Positions 15,864-24,479 are shown, numbered from the stretch's first letter. The stretch is 40,304 bases of DNA from Candidatus Nomurabacteria bacterium (GCA_943356375.1 CALRET010000002.1:1-40304), one strand, 5' to 3'. Program-made: numbers and translations. Notes: generated by a model from the sequence alone, not told the origin.

Positions 15864-17168
15864 ATGAAAATACTATTCATAACAACAGATTTAATAGCTG
15901 GAAATCTTGCACACATAATGACACAGGAAGGTCATGATGTAAAATTATACATTCATGAAAAACAACAGAGGAGAAATTTTGATTATTTAGTCAAGAAAAC
16001 AAAAAACTGGAAAAAAGAGATTGATTGGGTTGGAAAAGACGGATTAATTGTGTTTGACGACGTCGGATATGGAAAAATCCAGGAAAACTTACGGAAAAAA
16101 GGATATACCGTTTTCGGAAGCTCTTTCCTTGGAGATAGGTTGGAATTAGACAGAGAGCATGCTCAAGATATTTTTAAAAAACATGGATTTAAGACAAAAG
16201 AAACAAAAGACTTCAATAATATTATTGACGCAATTGAATTTGTACAAAAATACCCAAAACGTTGGGTAGTCAAACAAAATGGAAGTGCCTCAAAAACGAT
16301 CAATTATGTTGGACATTTTAAGGATGGACGGGATGTAATTTCTCTATTAAAAAATTATGCTATAGATAAAAAGATAAATAAAGAACGTATTACACTTCAA
16401 GAACGAGTTGATGGAATTGAAATTGCAGTGGCTCGAGCATTTAACGGAACAGATTGGGTTGGACCAATAAAACTAAACATCGAGCATAAAAAATTTTTTC
16501 CAGGAAATATTGGACCAACGACAAGTGAAATGGGCACACTCTCCTGGTTTACTGAAAATGAAAACAATAAATTATTTAAGGAAACATTAGGCAAACTAAA
16601 ATCTTACCTCCAAAAAGCAAATTTTCGAGGTGAAATAGATATTAATTGTATAGTAAACGAAAAAGGGGCGTTCCCTCTTGAATCAACATCAAGATTCGGT
16701 TCTCCTATTGTCCACTTACATAGTGAAATACAAACATCTCCATGGGGTGAATTTTTGTACGCAGTAGCAAAAGGAATACAATACGACCTTAAATGGAAAA
16801 AAGGATTTGGAGTTGTTATCCTTGTCGCGGTACCACCTTTCCCTTACGCAAAAAAAATACAAGATATGAGTGATTTTTTTGGTCTTAATATATTCTTTGA
16901 TAAAATCACACCAGAGGAACTTAACCATATTCATTTTGAAGAAGTATCACGAGACGTAGACAACAGAGAACAATTATATATTTCTGACACAAGAGGATAT
17001 GTTCTTTATGTAACAGGAGTTGGTAAAAACACAGAAGAATCAATGGAGAAAACTTATGGAATTATAGAAAAAATTATCATTCCTAAAAAAATCTACAGAA
17101 ACGATATTGGTTTGAAATTTATTACAGAGGATAGTAAAAAACTCAAAGAGTGGGGGTATTTGGATTAA
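15864..17168 (+). CDS. ATP-grasp enzyme, phosphoribosylamine--glycine ligase (PurD)-like
   Basis: 434 aa. The layout resembles PurD: ...LELDREHAQDIFKKHG..., VVKQNGSA, ERVDGIEIAV, EHKKFFPGNIGPTTSEMG, ESTSRFGSP. The canonical N-terminal GGREHA motif is absent. Confidence 0.55.
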   Translation: MKILFITTDLIAGNLAHIMTQEGHDVKLYIHEKQQRRNFDYLVKKTKNWKKEIDWVGKDGLIVFDDVGYGKIQENLRKKGYTVFGSSFLGDRLELDREHAQDIFKKHGFKTKETKDFNNIIDAIEFVQKYPKRWVVKQNGSASKTINYVGHFKDGRDVISLLKNYAIDKKINKERITLQERVDGIEIAVARAFNGTDWVGPIKLNIEHKKFFPGNIGPTTSEMGTLSWFTENENNKLFKETLGKLKSYLQKANFRGEIDINCIVNEKGAFPLESTSRFGSPIVHLHSEIQTSPWGEFLYAVAKGIQYDLKWKKGFGVVILVAVPPFPYAKKIQDMSDFFGLNIFFDKITPEELNHIHFEEVSRDVDNREQLYISDTRGYVLYVTGVGKNTEESMEKTYGIIEKIIIPKKIYRNDIGLKFITEDSKKLKEWGYLD

Positions 17169-18082
17169 AGAAATAAAACAGTACTTCCGAGAACCATAAA
17201 AAGAATAGCGACTACTTTTGGCAACAAAGTACGAAAAGAGGTATCTTCTGTTACAATGTGTGGAAAAAATCGAGTGCCCAAAAGCGTAAGAATAAGAACA
17301 ACTGCAGGTTGAAAACTTGCGACAAGATATACTATTGCTACAGGCGCGAGAAGGACCGCATAATTGGTTAGAAGATTTCCTATAACAGTAAAGGTCTCAC
17401 TCGAGATATTTAAACTAATAATAATTCGTCCTCCATTCCTAAGCATCTCCAAAAAATCTTTACGATATGTTTTGACACCAAAATATATGACAACACCAGT
17501 AATTCCTAACCCGATATACTCCCAAAAAGATGATACCCAAAAATTATCTACAACAGTTACATATTTAAAGATGACACCAATTACGGAAGCCATTAAACAT
17601 GCAGGAATCATATACTTTAAAACTTTCCATTTAAATATATTTTTTTGAGATCCTGAGAAATCAATAGATAAGATAACTGCTCCAATCATAACAATAATTG
17701 ATCCTATTAGTTGATATGGGGTCAAAGTCTCACCTAAAAATACATATCCAAGAATATACCCAAAGATAGGGATGGTTAGAAACCATGGCACAACAGCCGA
17801 AACATCTTCGACAGAAAGTGCTCTAAAATACAAAATCACCCATCCAATAGTTAATACCCCTGTAAACGCAAGAAGTAGTCTATCGCCAAGAGGTACCTGA
17901 AAAACATTTGGAATAAATACAGCTATCAAAAAAGCAGTGATTATACCAATTAGACTTGAGAACAAAACAAGAGCGCCAGAGCCCTGTTCACTCTTTGAAT
18001 ATTTAGCAATAAGATATTGATCCGATATATTTACCAACGCCCACAATACCGGCGCACCGAGAGCAATTAAAAACCAGTTCAT
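17165..18082 (-). CDS. EamA/DMT-family transporter (10 TM)
   Basis: 305 aa, hydrophobic throughout, with two internally similar 5-TM halves typical of drug/metabolite transporters. Confidence 0.7.
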   Translation of the reverse strand: MNWFLIALGAPVLWALVNISDQYLIAKYSKSEQGSGALVLFSSLIGIITAFLIAVFIPNVFQVPLGDRLLLAFTGVLTIGWVILYFRALSVEDVSAVVPWFLTIPIFGYILGYVFLGETLTPYQLIGSIIVMIGAVILSIDFSGSQKNIFKWKVLKYMIPACLMASVIGVIFKYVTVVDNFWVSSFWEYIGLGITGVVIYFGVKTYRKDFLEMLRNGGRIIISLNISSETFTVIGNLLTNYAVLLAPVAIVYLVASFQPAVVLILTLLGTRFFPHIVTEDTSFRTLLPKVVAILFMVLGSTVLFL

Positions 18083-18130
18083 GATATTATAATAACATAA
18101 TTATTAGAGATTAATCTTTTTTATAGAACA

Positions 18131-18159
18131 TTGACTCTTTCAGAAGAACTATGTATTAT
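18131..18159 (+). promoter_or_regulatory. sigma70-type promoter (TTGACT-17 nt-TATTAT) of the 26-codon ORF
   Basis: TTGACT at 18131-18136 and TATTAT at 18154-18159. Confidence 0.55.
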
Positions 18160-18223
18160 AAGTCAGGAACAAGTATTGGAGAATTAACTCTAATAGAAAC
18201 TAAGTTCTTAAAAGGAGGGCATC

Positions 18224-18304
18224 ATGAAAACCATAGCAACACCCAAAAAAGCTGTTAAAGTAAACAAGTGGAAACCACGAATTACTAAACACCACTGCGG
18301 GTGA
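18224..18304 (+). CDS. 26-aa Lys-rich peptide MKTIATPKKAVKVNKWKPRITKHHCG (candidate RiPP precursor or leader peptide)
   Basis: A strong SD, AAGGAGGG (18212-18219), lies 4 nt (GGAGG core 5 nt) before the ATG, which is exceptional in this window. It has its own promoter. A hairpin with a U tract starts 13 nt after the TGA stop, and the ATP-grasp gene follows. Confidence 0.5.
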   Translation: MKTIATPKKAVKVNKWKPRITKHHCG

Positions 18305-18314
18305 AAACAAACAT

Positions 18315-18357
18315 AAAACCAGGGAATATTGTCTAAAAGCATTCCCTGGTTTTATTA
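18315..18357 (+). terminator. hairpin plus U-tract (terminator/attenuator) between the peptide ORF and the ATP-grasp gene
   Basis: ACCAGGGAAT (18318-18327) pairs with ATTCCCTGGT (18341-18350) and is followed by TTTATT. Confidence 0.65.
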
Positions 18358-18393
18358 CTCAAATACATTCTTTAACAATTAAATACTTTAAAA

Positions 18394-19332
18394 ATGATTT
18401 TACTATTATCCTCATTAGGCTGTGATGTACAAACACGCCTATTAAAAAATGAACTGGAAAGACGTGGTATCGAAACATTAGTTATAGATACACACGCATT
18501 ACATAAAAAAGATATTTCCGTTTCATTGTCATCAAAAGGAGAAGTGAAATTAAGTATCAATAAAAAGAATATTGTTCTTGAAAAAATAATATTAACGACA
18601 AATCCGAGAACAGATGCAATACTGTATTCCCCATCGTCCATACTGTACCCGATGGAATGGAGGTACCGCATTGGATCATTCCTCAGAGAATTTATAGATC
18701 TTTTTGAAGAACAATGTTATCCAGGAACATTTTCTGCAATACAACAAGGTGAATCTAAAATGAAAGTAATGCGGTATGGTACAAGTACAGGATTAAATAT
18801 CCCAACAATATCTCAAATTTCTTTCAATGAACCGAAGGGGTATAGATTTATCAAACCTCTAGGATTCCCTTTTATAGTTAGTAATACGACTAATAATACA
18901 GATGAAGTTTGTGTTACCTCTTTTGGAGGAATGGCTAAAAATTCAGACCCCCTGAAACACTACCCAAACATGTCCCAAACACCTATACAAGCCCAATATC
19001 ACCTACGTTGTTTTGCAACAACAGAGAAAGTTTTCACTTCGTCAAGAAAGGTTTTAAAAGGTGAAAAACTAATAGACCTTAGGCAATTAAACGAGAGTGA
19101 GAATTTTAACCCAATATGGTCTGAAACAATACTATCAAAAAAGACGGACGGATATTTAAAGAAATTACTCAAATCAATGAGCTTGAAATGGGCCTGTCCA
19201 GAATTTTTAGTTGATAAACAAGGAAAAGAAATTTTTATAGATTTAAACCCTTGTGGAGATTGGTATGGTTTTTTTCAGAAAAAAACAAGAAGAGAGATTG
19301 TGGGTCACTTAGGAGACCTTATACTGAGATGA
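18394..19332 (+). CDS. ATP-grasp ligase-like protein (RimK / MdnC-MvdD-like)
   Basis: 312 aa with the N-terminal pre-ATP-grasp-like MILLLSS...LERRGIETLVIDT. It has YRFIKPLG (ATP Lys region) and ...LIDLRQL...ACPEFLVDKQGKEIFIDLNPCGDWYGF, which resembles the Mg/ATP (E/D)-x-N-P-x-G-x-W motif of peptide-modifying ATP-grasps. Recognition is by memory of motifs only. Confidence 0.5.
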   Translation: MILLLSSLGCDVQTRLLKNELERRGIETLVIDTHALHKKDISVSLSSKGEVKLSINKKNIVLEKIILTTNPRTDAILYSPSSILYPMEWRYRIGSFLREFIDLFEEQCYPGTFSAIQQGESKMKVMRYGTSTGLNIPTISQISFNEPKGYRFIKPLGFPFIVSNTTNNTDEVCVTSFGGMAKNSDPLKHYPNMSQTPIQAQYHLRCFATTEKVFTSSRKVLKGEKLIDLRQLNESENFNPIWSETILSKKTDGYLKKLLKSMSLKWACPEFLVDKQGKEIFIDLNPCGDWYGFFQKKTRREIVGHLGDLILR

Positions 19333-19337
19333 TCTTC

Positions 19338-19370
19338 ATGCGGTAGCTCTAAGCTACCGCATTTTATTTT
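19338..19370. terminator. rho-independent terminator between convergent genes
   Basis: ATGCGGTAGC-tctaa-GCTACCGCAT followed by TTTTATTTTT. The 3' arm overlaps the last codons of the hydrolase gene. Confidence 0.7.
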
Positions 19371-19923
19371 TGACTATTTGAATATACCCCTGGGTTAATT
19401 CATGTCCTGTTTTGGGAATAATAATAAAATTAGCATTATTACTTTTCGCTATTTTCTTCGCAGTGCTAATACCGATTTCCCAATCATTCTCACCAAAAAA
19501 GAATAAGGTATTTGAATTTTTAATACCAAGTACTCTACGGTATGAATACTTCTTAAAGTCATTCATTCGTCTAATTCCAAAGAAATCTGACGATTCTTTA
19601 GGTATATATTTAAGGTTCTCAGAAAAGTATGGAGATATTGATGCAAGAAGAAGTTGTTTAAAAGTTTTATTTTTTGCAATATGAAATGCAACTTCTGCAC
19701 CAAAAGAAAAACCAAAAAGGACAGCTTTCTCTGATTCAATATGTTTTTCTTCTAAATATTTTTCAACTTGAATAATCCATTGTGACAATATACGAAAATC
19801 CCATTGAATTTTCACAATATGAACAATGTATCCTTGCTGCACGGCATATTTAGATAGCTCTTTATATGGTTTTTCTTTCCCTGTCTCACCAAATCCAGGA
19901 AGGATAATAAAATATTTTTTCAT
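19354..19923 (-). CDS. small alpha/beta-fold serine hydrolase (YdeN/RBBP9-like)
   Basis: 189 aa with the nucleophile elbow GFSFGA and late D/H candidates (ENDWEI, GHEL). TATAAT ends 7 nt before the ATG. Confidence 0.65.
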   Translation of the reverse strand: MKKYFIILPGFGETGKEKPYKELSKYAVQQGYIVHIVKIQWDFRILSQWIIQVEKYLEEKHIESEKAVLFGFSFGAEVAFHIAKNKTFKQLLLASISPYFSENLKYIPKESSDFFGIRRMNDFKKYSYRRVLGIKNSNTLFFFGENDWEIGISTAKKIAKSNNANFIIIPKTGHELTQGYIQIVKNKMR

Positions 19924-19969
19924 TTTATCTATTATACTACGGAAATCTTATTTTATATAACGAGAACAA

Positions 19970-20475
19970 TTAACTCCTTTTAACAATATATCGATAGATA
20001 TGCCAATATTTGATATCTCCTGACATGGTTACCCCCAACCCCTCTTCCTCTGTTTTAAATATCGACTTAAAATTATTATCTAAAATAATCTTTTCTATAT
20101 CATCTTGCTCGACACAAATAATGTTTTTATTCTTATTCCAATCATCTTTTTCCCCAACAACGTAAAGCAGACATACCCTCCTTTTTCGGTAAGATTAAAC
20201 AATTTTACTAAGTTAGTTAGAGGATCATTTGTAAAAAATAATACATTTTGTGCAATAATAAGCGAGTATTTTTTCTCTGTATTAAAATCTTCAATTTTTG
20301 ACTTATAAAAATGTATAGACGGATCAATCACATCTGATTCGTTTATATCTACAGCATCAACAATATATCCTTTTTCAGCTAGTTTTTTTGCTTCATTTAA
20401 TTTACCAGCACCAACATCTAAGGCATTCCCTTTATTTAATAACCCCAATTGTTCAAGTTTTTTAATAAAATCCAT
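19970..20475 (-). pseudogene. class I SAM-dependent methyltransferase interrupted by a 1-nt frameshift
   Basis: The N-terminal 126-aa ORF has motif I LDVGAGKLNEA and DAVDINE. At the G4A5 run (plus 20147-20155) the frame changes. The other frame continues open for 61 codons (VGEKDDWNKNKNIICVEQDDIEKIILDNNFKSIFKTEEEGLGVTMSGDIKYWHIYRYIVKRS*), which restores a normal MTase length of about 168 aa. Confidence 0.6.
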
Positions 20476-20484
20476 AAAGATCGA

Positions 20485-21333
20485 TTACTTTTTAACCCAA
20501 CGACCCAAGAGAAATGCTTCTTCACCTTTTTTGTTTCTGTCGTGAGCAAAGACGACAATGGAATCTTTTTTCATTTTGACTTCTTTTCCTCCATCATGTG
20601 CTATCACTTCCCCCTTTTTTGCTTCGTAAAAATCATCCAGTTTTTTTACTAGTGTAAATGAATCGGTTTTCGAGTAATACAGCGTATCCATCTGTATATG
20701 TTTTCTTGTCTGAATTTTTAAAACTTTTTTACTTTTGATATGACCACGGGTCTGTAAAAACATAGAAATGGTGTCAAGTGCAACTTTTTCCGCTTTTGGA
20801 TCTTCGTGTTGTCCGCATTCGACACAAATACCAACTTTTCCTTGTAAATTCATATAGTCATCAGTCGCACCCGGTTCAATATCACCAAATCCCGATACGG
20901 TCTTTGTAAAATTCTTTGGAAAATACTGCACGATATTTTTCGCATTTTTTTCGCAAATAATAAACGGTACACTTTTGTTGGTAGTCGAGTGAATGTCGAG
21001 ACACACCTCCGCTTCTTTCATAATCATCTTGATGAATTGCGCACGCTTGTATTCATACGTTTTTTTAATCTTTGCACTATAGGTAGATGCCTTGCGAAAC
21101 ATGCGATTAAGATTGGCTTCAGTAAAGCGCTTGTTTTGCTGGATCGCTTCCGGATTACCCAACACAAAAAACACCGTCCCTTTCTCTACAACGAGCGTTG
21201 GTAATATTTTCTCAAACGCTTTAATTCCACATGCTTCATTTCCATGGTTCCCGGCAATAATAACACTGGTCGGACCACTCTCCTTCCCTTTTTTCATCAC
21301 ATATCCATTTTTAATAACTTTAGGTATTTTCAT
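20485..21333 (-). CDS. AstE/AspA-family (M14-like) zinc deacylase/carboxypeptidase
   Basis: 282 aa with zinc/substrate motifs IIAGNHGNE, NLNRMF and CLDIHST, typical of succinylglutamate desuccinylase/aspartoacylase-type enzymes. Confidence 0.7.
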   Translation of the reverse strand: MKIPKVIKNGYVMKKGKESGPTSVIIAGNHGNEACGIKAFEKILPTLVVEKGTVFFVLGNPEAIQQNKRFTEANLNRMFRKASTYSAKIKKTYEYKRAQFIKMIMKEAEVCLDIHSTTNKSVPFIICEKNAKNIVQYFPKNFTKTVSGFGDIEPGATDDYMNLQGKVGICVECGQHEDPKAEKVALDTISMFLQTRGHIKSKKVLKIQTRKHIQMDTLYYSKTDSFTLVKKLDDFYEAKKGEVIAHDGGKEVKMKKDSIVVFAHDRNKKGEEAFLLGRWVKK

Positions 21334-21334
21334 A

Positions 21335-22384
21335 TTATTTATACAATGTTTTATAGCTTATAGCTAAAGCGCTTGTAATGTAACCCAAATCTTTTGTTTC
21401 TTCTACAGAAAAATAACTGAAAAAGTCCTGAGTGACTAAATCCTGGGTCAGTGCAAACCCAAGGTTATACTCGATTCCCAGCTTGCCATGAAGCATACTT
21501 CCGAGCATAACCGGTATATTATTTTTTTTAGCAACATCGATAATTTCAAGTGCTTTTAAAATACCGCCCGTCTTTGCAAGTTTTATATTAAAATAATTGG
21601 TTAATTTTTCTTTTGCATAATACTCCGCTTCCAGAGGTGTGTGAAGTCCTTCGTCTATCATAATTGGGAGTTTAGTTGCTAATCTAAGTTCTTTAAGACC
21701 AGAAATGTTGTCCTTATGGAGAAGTTGTTCCGCCCACGCAACATTCAATTTCTCAAGTTTTTGCGCAAAAGAGATGGCATCATGAGAATTATCAAATGCC
21801 TGATTTGCATCAACCGAAACAGAGACTGATGAATCAACGGTTCTAAGAAACTCGATTGCCGAAATTTCCAATTCCAAATTCTTTCCCACTTTAAACTTAA
21901 CATATTTGGGCTTATTTTCTGTAAGAATATTTTTAATATGATTTGTGTATCCATCCAAGTCTTGAAAATACGGTATTGTAATTTGAATGACAATTTCTCT
22001 GTTTTCGTCGACACCAAGCAATTGTGAGATATTTTTACCTGTTTTTTTTGAAACAATATTAAATAATGCTTGCTCAATCCCACACAAGAATCCTGTGTTA
22101 TGAGCCATATTCAGTCGTATCTTTTTCATAATAAAATCAATATCTTTTACAGAACTGACTGTATCAAAAGATCCAATAAAACTATCGATATACGGAACAT
22201 AATATTCCGCACTTTCTTGTAGTTCCCCATTTATATCGAGAGCATGAGCTATTTCACCTTCCCCAACAGCACCCTCGTTATCAGTAATAATAATTTTTGA
22301 ATACGGTAAAGATTCCAAATCACCCAAAAAATACCTGAACGGCTTAGTAAGCTGAATATCGTATTTTATTATCTGACAATTCAT
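21335..22384 (-). CDS. enolase-superfamily MR/MLE enzyme, dipeptide (L-Ala-D/L-Glu) epimerase-like
   Basis: 349 aa with VKFKVG (KxK), VDANQAF, AWAEQL, MIDEGL and IKLAKTGG, i.e. the metal ligands and two catalytic Lys in the order expected for this family. Confidence 0.7.
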   Translation of the reverse strand: MNCQIIKYDIQLTKPFRYFLGDLESLPYSKIIITDNEGAVGEGEIAHALDINGELQESAEYYVPYIDSFIGSFDTVSSVKDIDFIMKKIRLNMAHNTGFLCGIEQALFNIVSKKTGKNISQLLGVDENREIVIQITIPYFQDLDGYTNHIKNILTENKPKYVKFKVGKNLELEISAIEFLRTVDSSVSVSVDANQAFDNSHDAISFAQKLEKLNVAWAEQLLHKDNISGLKELRLATKLPIMIDEGLHTPLEAEYYAKEKLTNYFNIKLAKTGGILKALEIIDVAKKNNIPVMLGSMLHGKLGIEYNLGFALTQDLVTQDFFSYFSVEETKDLGYITSALAISYKTLYK

Positions 22385-22417
22385 GATAATTATATTACCA
22401 CAATTTAATCACTCTAT

Positions 22418-22448
22418 CAAATTAAAAGCCAATCCTAAGATTGGCTTT
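22418..22448 (-). terminator. rho-independent terminator after the GNAT gene
   Basis: AAAGCCAATC-ttag-GATTGGCTTT followed by TAATTT in minus sense. Confidence 0.7.
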
Positions 22449-22454
22449 ATATAA

Positions 22455-23096
22455 CTATTTCAGTGCAAAAAAAATACCTTCACGATCAATGTCGTGACCG
22501 ACAAATCCATCCTTTATCGATTGGTCAATTTTTTCATGTGCCAACTGATCATGATTACTCATAAAGAAAGCAACGGGTATCTTCTTGTAGGAGATAGGGG
22601 TGGAATTCTGACTGCCTAGATCTTTAAGAAGAATGACTCTCGCATCTTCTGGATAGTTTGATCCGTAATATGCCTTATCGTATCCTATAATTTTGAAACC
22701 TGATGCCATCCGTAGTTTCAAACTTGGATAATTTTCAACACGAATCGTCAATAAGAATTTTGTTTTCCCTTGCTTGACTGCAAATTTTTCCTGTTCTGCA
22801 GTGAGGAGTTTACCGATATTTTTACCTTGAAAATCTGGGTGCACCCCTGTTCCATAAAAATATGCAGTGTCGATTGGGAACGCAGGAGAACCAGGAAATG
22901 TTTGAGTGATGAGTTGAGACTCCCCTACAAGGCGATCTCCGTCAAATAAGAGAACTATCGCACCGTTTTCTATCACTTGATTCAGTTCTTCAATAGAAAC
23001 ACCCTGATGGGAACCGAAAGATAGATCATCAAGTTCCTTAATTTGTTGTATATCGTCCTTAGTAGCAAGACGAGTTTGGTATTGTACATCTATCAT
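22455..23096 (-). CDS. GNAT-family N-acetyltransferase
   Basis: 213 aa with acetyl-CoA motif A GVHPDFQGKNIGKLL. Confidence 0.75.
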   Translation of the reverse strand: MIDVQYQTRLATKDDIQQIKELDDLSFGSHQGVSIEELNQVIENGAIVLLFDGDRLVGESQLITQTFPGSPAFPIDTAYFYGTGVHPDFQGKNIGKLLTAEQEKFAVKQGKTKFLLTIRVENYPSLKLRMASGFKIIGYDKAYYGSNYPEDARVILLKDLGSQNSTPISYKKIPVAFFMSNHDQLAHEKIDQSIKDGFVGHDIDREGIFFALK

Positions 23097-23153
23097 TGAT
23101 TATGGTTTTTTATCTACTTTAAAATTAACATAGGTATATAAATTAGTCAATAT

Positions 23154-23183
23154 AAAATCCCCGTAGATATAACGGGGATTTTT
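23154..23183. terminator. rho-independent terminator after the PLP-enzyme gene
   Basis: AAAATCCCCGT-agatata-ACGGGGATTTT. Confidence 0.75.
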
Positions 23184-23197
23184 AAGTTGCGTATAAA

Positions 23198-24433
23198 CTA
23201 TTTCGCAAGTAATTCAGAAATAAATTCAGGTTCTGTGTTCTTTTCAACAAATAATATTCTCCGAGAATCGCTGACTCCTTGTAAAACAAGATCTAATGGT
23301 CTCTGATTAATTTTTTCCAAAATATGAGTTTTATGTCTACCGCCAAATTTTTTAATACCATCTAAATCCTTGTACCCAGCACCAGTGAAAGATAGGAGTA
23401 ATTTATCTTCTCTTTCAAAAATATGCCGATGTTTAATTACTGCAGCTAAAGACATGATCCCTGTAGGTTCTGGAATATATCCCAGTGCAAATGACTGTGT
23501 TTTTTCATACAAGAAGTCATACGCATCAGAAATATCCTGATTAACAATTCCACCTAAAGGAAAACCTTTACTTTTTCTCATAGCATAAATCAGTTGAGGC
23601 ATACTATAACTTGCACATGCAATAGATCCTTCAGCAGAAGATATATCATCTTCTCCATAAAGAAAATCTTCATACTCCCAATAACTAAGCTCTTTAATAA
23701 ACGCTTCTTCGGTTGGAAAAGCACCTCTCATACCTACCGGCACAGCCTTAATTCCGTTTCGACCAAAATAATCAAATCCAAATATCAACCCGGCAAGGTA
23801 TGTACCATTTCCAACACCAGCAATAACATGTGTCGGAAAATCATGTCCGAGTGTATCTATTATCTGTTTTGACGCTGAAGAAAATCGAGTCATAAGGAAA
23901 TCATTACTCACATTGGCATTATATGTGTTTGGCAATTCAACCTTTTGAGCAAGACGATATACATCTTCAAAGATTGCATCTTTTACTGCAACAATCTGTA
24001 CGTTTTCAAAACTACTGAGGATTGGAAGTTTAGACGTAGTTGCTGGAACAAAAACCACACACTTTCTATTTACTTCTTTTGTAAAATGCGCCAACGCTGC
24101 CGCATGATTACCAGACGAAACAACTGAATAATTGAGTGTGTTATTTTTTTCACCATCAGAAACAGCTGCTCTTACCGGGTAATCCTTCATACTTCCTGTT
24201 TTATTTGCTCCCTCGTAGCGTATCCAAACTCTTTCCACATTAAGATATGCAGCGAGCTCAATTTCTTCAATAATTGGAACATCTACGTCCCAAGAGGTAT
24301 CAATTTCTAATACTTTCTCAGGCCACAAAATACCATAATTCCTGTGCACATCGGCACTGTCTTTGTATTTTTTAAATTCGCTGTTCTCTAAAATTTTTGC
24401 AGTAATAGTACAACGTGCTCTATCTATATTCAT
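23198..24433 (-). CDS. fold-type II PLP-dependent enzyme (threonine synthase / cysteine synthase-like)
   Basis: Has GANKTGSMKDYP (PLP-Lys motif, compare PTGSFKD), SSGNHAAALA and a GVGNGT glycine loop. The track ORF starts at a TTG (24487) that is itself the -35 TTGACA of a TTGACA-16-CATACT promoter, so the ATG at 24433 is preferred. Confidence 0.7.
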   Translation of the reverse strand: MNIDRARCTITAKILENSEFKKYKDSADVHRNYGILWPEKVLEIDTSWDVDVPIIEEIELAAYLNVERVWIRYEGANKTGSMKDYPVRAAVSDGEKNNTLNYSVVSSGNHAAALAHFTKEVNRKCVVFVPATTSKLPILSSFENVQIVAVKDAIFEDVYRLAQKVELPNTYNANVSNDFLMTRFSSASKQIIDTLGHDFPTHVIAGVGNGTYLAGLIFGFDYFGRNGIKAVPVGMRGAFPTEEAFIKELSYWEYEDFLYGEDDISSAEGSIACASYSMPQLIYAMRKSKGFPLGGIVNQDISDAYDFLYEKTQSFALGYIPEPTGIMSLAAVIKHRHIFEREDKLLLSFTGAGYKDLDGIKKFGGRHKTHILEKINQRPLDLVLQGVSDSRRILFVEKNTEPEFISELLAK

Positions 24434-24479
24434 TCTGTTATGTAAAAGATTCTGAGCAAAGTATGAACTCTTGTGTAGA

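Noticed and set aside
17165-17168. 4-nt overlap of the stop codons of the convergent PurD-like and EamA genes, with no terminator between them.
   Set aside because: The overlap is real but trivial in a compact genome, and no function can be inferred.
18151-18258. Alternative 35-codon ORF (MYYKSGTSIGELTLIETKFLKGGHHENHSNTQKSC) overlapping the 26-codon peptide ORF. It is attractive because it contains Thr/Ser/Glu/Lys, like graspetide cores.
   Set aside because: Its ATG is embedded in the -10 hexamer of the only good promoter, so it would not be on that transcript. It has no SD, whereas the 18224 ORF has AAGGAGGG at ideal spacing. It is kept only as a caveat.
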